Origin: the human T2T-CHM13v2.0 reference genome, Homo sapiens
DNA: 64,000 nucleotides
Direction: 5' to 3' (one strand)
Assembly: GCF_009914755.1 (NCBI RefSeq)
Contig: NC_060936.1
The notes beneath the pieces are model-generated. The model worked only from the letters and a program-made list of their open reading frames with translations. It did no database searches and was not told the origin of the DNA. Every line of letters starts with the position of its first letter. Position 1 is the stretch's first letter. This document shows positions 62,221 through 64,000 of the stretch, in pieces. The position numbers and the translations under genes are program-made.

Positions 62221-63368
62221 GTAACTTCCAGTCCAATCCTCTTCTTTGTAAGTGATCTTGAGGACAGACACATCACCTGAAGGATAGATCATCTTTGCCT
62301 AGCCTTGTCTACAATGTTCTTGCTAGGTTTCTTTTCCTAAAAACACATTACTTAGGTACTTAACAGAACAAACAAACAAACAATCAAAAGACAAAACCAA
62401 AAAACTTTGGGGTTATAGACACCCATACTCATAAGTATTTCTGAATACCAAGAGAAGAGTATTTAGGTTTGCTTCTCTCAACTTTTCACCTTTCATTTCA
62501 TGTACCCTGTCCTTTGTCTCAGCTCTAATAGCTCTGAGAGCTGATTACTTTTCGGGTGTCCCAAGTATCAGGATCCTGCCTAGTGCAACTCAAATTTCCA
62601 AAAGTTAATTTAGTGGCCTTTTGGTGACCAGAGCTTCAGATAACTCACAGGGAAACAATGTTTATTTCCTCTCCCACTAACAGTCACAAAAAATCATAAA
62701 AAAGAGTAGCGGGGGCAGTTTTGATGGCTAACCCCTCTTTCCATCCTTTGGGGGAAAATTGCTCATCTCCCTATAGGTGGAACTCTAAAGACAATGTATT
62801 CCTAAAAGGGGCCATCTGGGCGGTGTCCTCTTTTCCCAGCGCCCTGATTTCTATTCTTAGATCTGGAGATAGGCGGCTTTCATTTTTCCTGCTCCCAGTT
62901 CCCAGACCTTCCGTGGGGCCGCAGGATCCCCGGCTGGCGGGTCGCGGAGGGTGGCCGGCCGGGCTGCGCACTGCGCGCCTCCGCTGCGGGGCTCCGGGCC
63001 TGTGGACTCAGCGGAGTCCGCTGAGTCAGTTTCTTCCCGCGCGACTCCCGGCCGCGCCGCCGCTGCGGTGGAATCTGGTCCCAGGAGGCGGCGTCCGCCC
63101 GGGGTCCGGTCTAGGCGTGCGTGGGGGCCACGGTCACGGTCATCCCAGCCAGGCCCGGCTCCAGCAGCCCCACGGCCGCCGCCAGAGTTCTGCGCGGCCC
63201 GTCGCCTCGGCGGAGCCTCTGGCAGGCCCCTGAGCTCGTTTTTGGGGCCTGAGTGGGGGAGGAGGAAGCCGAGCAGGAGGGCTCCGGAGAGGGAGGGCAA
63301 CGCGGGGCGGGGAGCTGCCTCCTTCCTCATAAACAGGCGGGCGTGGGCGCCGATGGGGCCCGCGGGGA

Positions 63369-63489
63369 GCGCTGGCTGCGGGCGGTGAGCTGAGCTCGCC
63401 CCCGGGGAGCTGTGGCCGGCGCCCCTGCCGGTTCCCTGAGCAGCGGACGTTCATGCTGGGAGGGCGGCGGGTTGGAAGCAGGTGCCACC
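63369..63489 (+). other. LRRK2: LRRK2 5' UTR (approximate TSS; likely dispersed starts at about 63355-63370)
   Basis: GC-rich leader gcgctggctgcgggcgg... matches the LRRK2 mRNA start as I recall it. The exact TSS cannot be derived from sequence alone. Confidence 0.7.
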
Positions 63490-63640
63490 ATGGCTAGTGG
63501 CAGCTGTCAGGGGTGCGAAGAGGACGAGGAAACTCTGAAGAAGTTGATAGTCAGGCTGAACAATGTCCAGGAAGGAAAACAGATAGAAACGCTGGTCCAA
63601 ATCCTGGAGGATCTGCTGGTGTTCACGTACTCCGAGCACG
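63490..63640 (+). CDS. LRRK2: LRRK2 coding exon 1 (codons 1-50 plus first base of codon 51)
   Basis: Perfect Kozak GCCACCATGG at 63484-63493. Translates MASGSCQGCEEDEETLKKLIVRLNNVQEGKQIETLVQILEDLLVFTYSEH, the recognisable LRRK2 N-terminus. GT donor (G|gtaatc) at 63641. Confidence 0.98.
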
Positions 63641-63912
63641 GTAATCACTTGAAAATAAACTGTGCTTTTATTTTTGCAAACTTTCTCCCCCTCCTTACAT
63701 TTGCAAATTTTGTCCTCCTCCCCTTGACCCTGCTCAAACCCGGACTCTTAAGGAGCCGCAAACTCCCATATCCTTTCCTTAGGGCAGAAAGCAGCTGAGA
63801 ATTTCAGGAAGGTCTTCACCTTTTTGACTTTTCTCCCCGTTTCAGACTAAAAAGGAAAGGGGGTGCTGTGGATTGTGACTTTGCTTCTTTTCCCCACCCA
63901 CTTGTTTTCCAG
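63641..63912 (+). other. LRRK2: LRRK2 intron 1 (272 nt, GT-AG)
   Basis: gtaatc...ttttccag boundaries join the two exons in frame. Confidence 0.95.
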
Positions 63913-63998
63913 CCTCCAAGTTATTTCAAGGCAAAAATATCCATGTGCCTCTGTTGATCGTCTTGGACTCCTATATGAGAGTCGCGAGTGTGCAGCAG
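63913..63998 (+). CDS. LRRK2: LRRK2 coding exon 2 (86 nt)
   Basis: Acceptor ttgttttccag| ends at 63912. Continues the frame as (A)SKLFQGKNIHVPLLIVLDSYMRVASVQQ. GT donor at 63999-64000. Confidence 0.97.
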
Positions 63999-64000
63999 GT

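Larger units (their letters stand above)
62900..63640. promoter_or_regulatory. CpG-island promoter of LRRK2 (probably bidirectional)
   Basis: Abrupt rise in GC and CpG density against an AT-rich background. GC box GGGGCGGGG at 63304-63312, KLF/Sp GGGCGTGGG at about 63339-63348, ETS core CTTCCTC at 63322-63328, TATA-like CATAAA at 63328-63333, AP-1 TGAGTCA at 63022-63028. Confidence 0.92.

Noticed and set aside
63129-63142. CACGGTCACGGTCA as a nuclear-receptor direct repeat
   Set aside because: The half-sites are CGGTCA rather than RGGTCA, and such 6-mers repeat easily in GC-rich DNA.
62721-63454. Long ORFs of 104-170 aa on both strands of the promoter
   Set aside because: Expected from stop-codon scarcity in a GC-rich CpG island. 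Low-complexity Arg/Pro/Gly/Ala composition and no recognisable domain.
63412-63798. 128-aa ORF as a stand-alone gene
   Set aside because: It is LRRK2 exon 1 plus 5' UTR and read-through into intron 1.

Overview
Primate, almost certainly human, genomic DNA covering about 63 kb upstream of LRRK2 plus its CpG-island promoter, coding exon 1 (ATG at 63490; MASGSCQGCEEDEETLKK...), intron 1 and exon 2. Codon 50 is CAC (His), not the Arg of the reference protein as I recall it. The rest is AT-rich, repeat-dense non-coding DNA. It holds three MER4A1/MER4-int (ERV1) proviral remnants: two on the minus strand, one of them a complete two-LTR provirus, and one doubly deleted copy on the plus strand. It also holds solo LTRs (LTR8, LTR8A, MER57, MER4D, THE1/MST, MLT1, LTR16), about 25 Alus, L1/L2/MIR fragments, Tigger2a, MADE1 and microsatellites. 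Apart from LRRK2, the ORF track is explained by Alu, ERV or low-complexity sequence. I find no convincing new protein-coding system. The best unexplained structures are: (i) a cluster of locally templated duplications beside a perfect 36-bp AT-rich palindrome at 36-38.5 kb; (ii) a circularly permuted Alu-spacer-Alu insertion without TSD at 2.0-2.4 kb; (iii) a 23-bp palindrome of paired ARE/AP-1 half-sites in the LRRK2 promoter; (iv) an overlapping uORF, an in-frame GTG start and a poison cryptic acceptor at the LRRK2 5' end; (v) sibling MER4 proviruses, one apparently lacking its PBS. Repeat subfamily names come from recognising consensus sequences by eye and need RepeatMasker confirmation.
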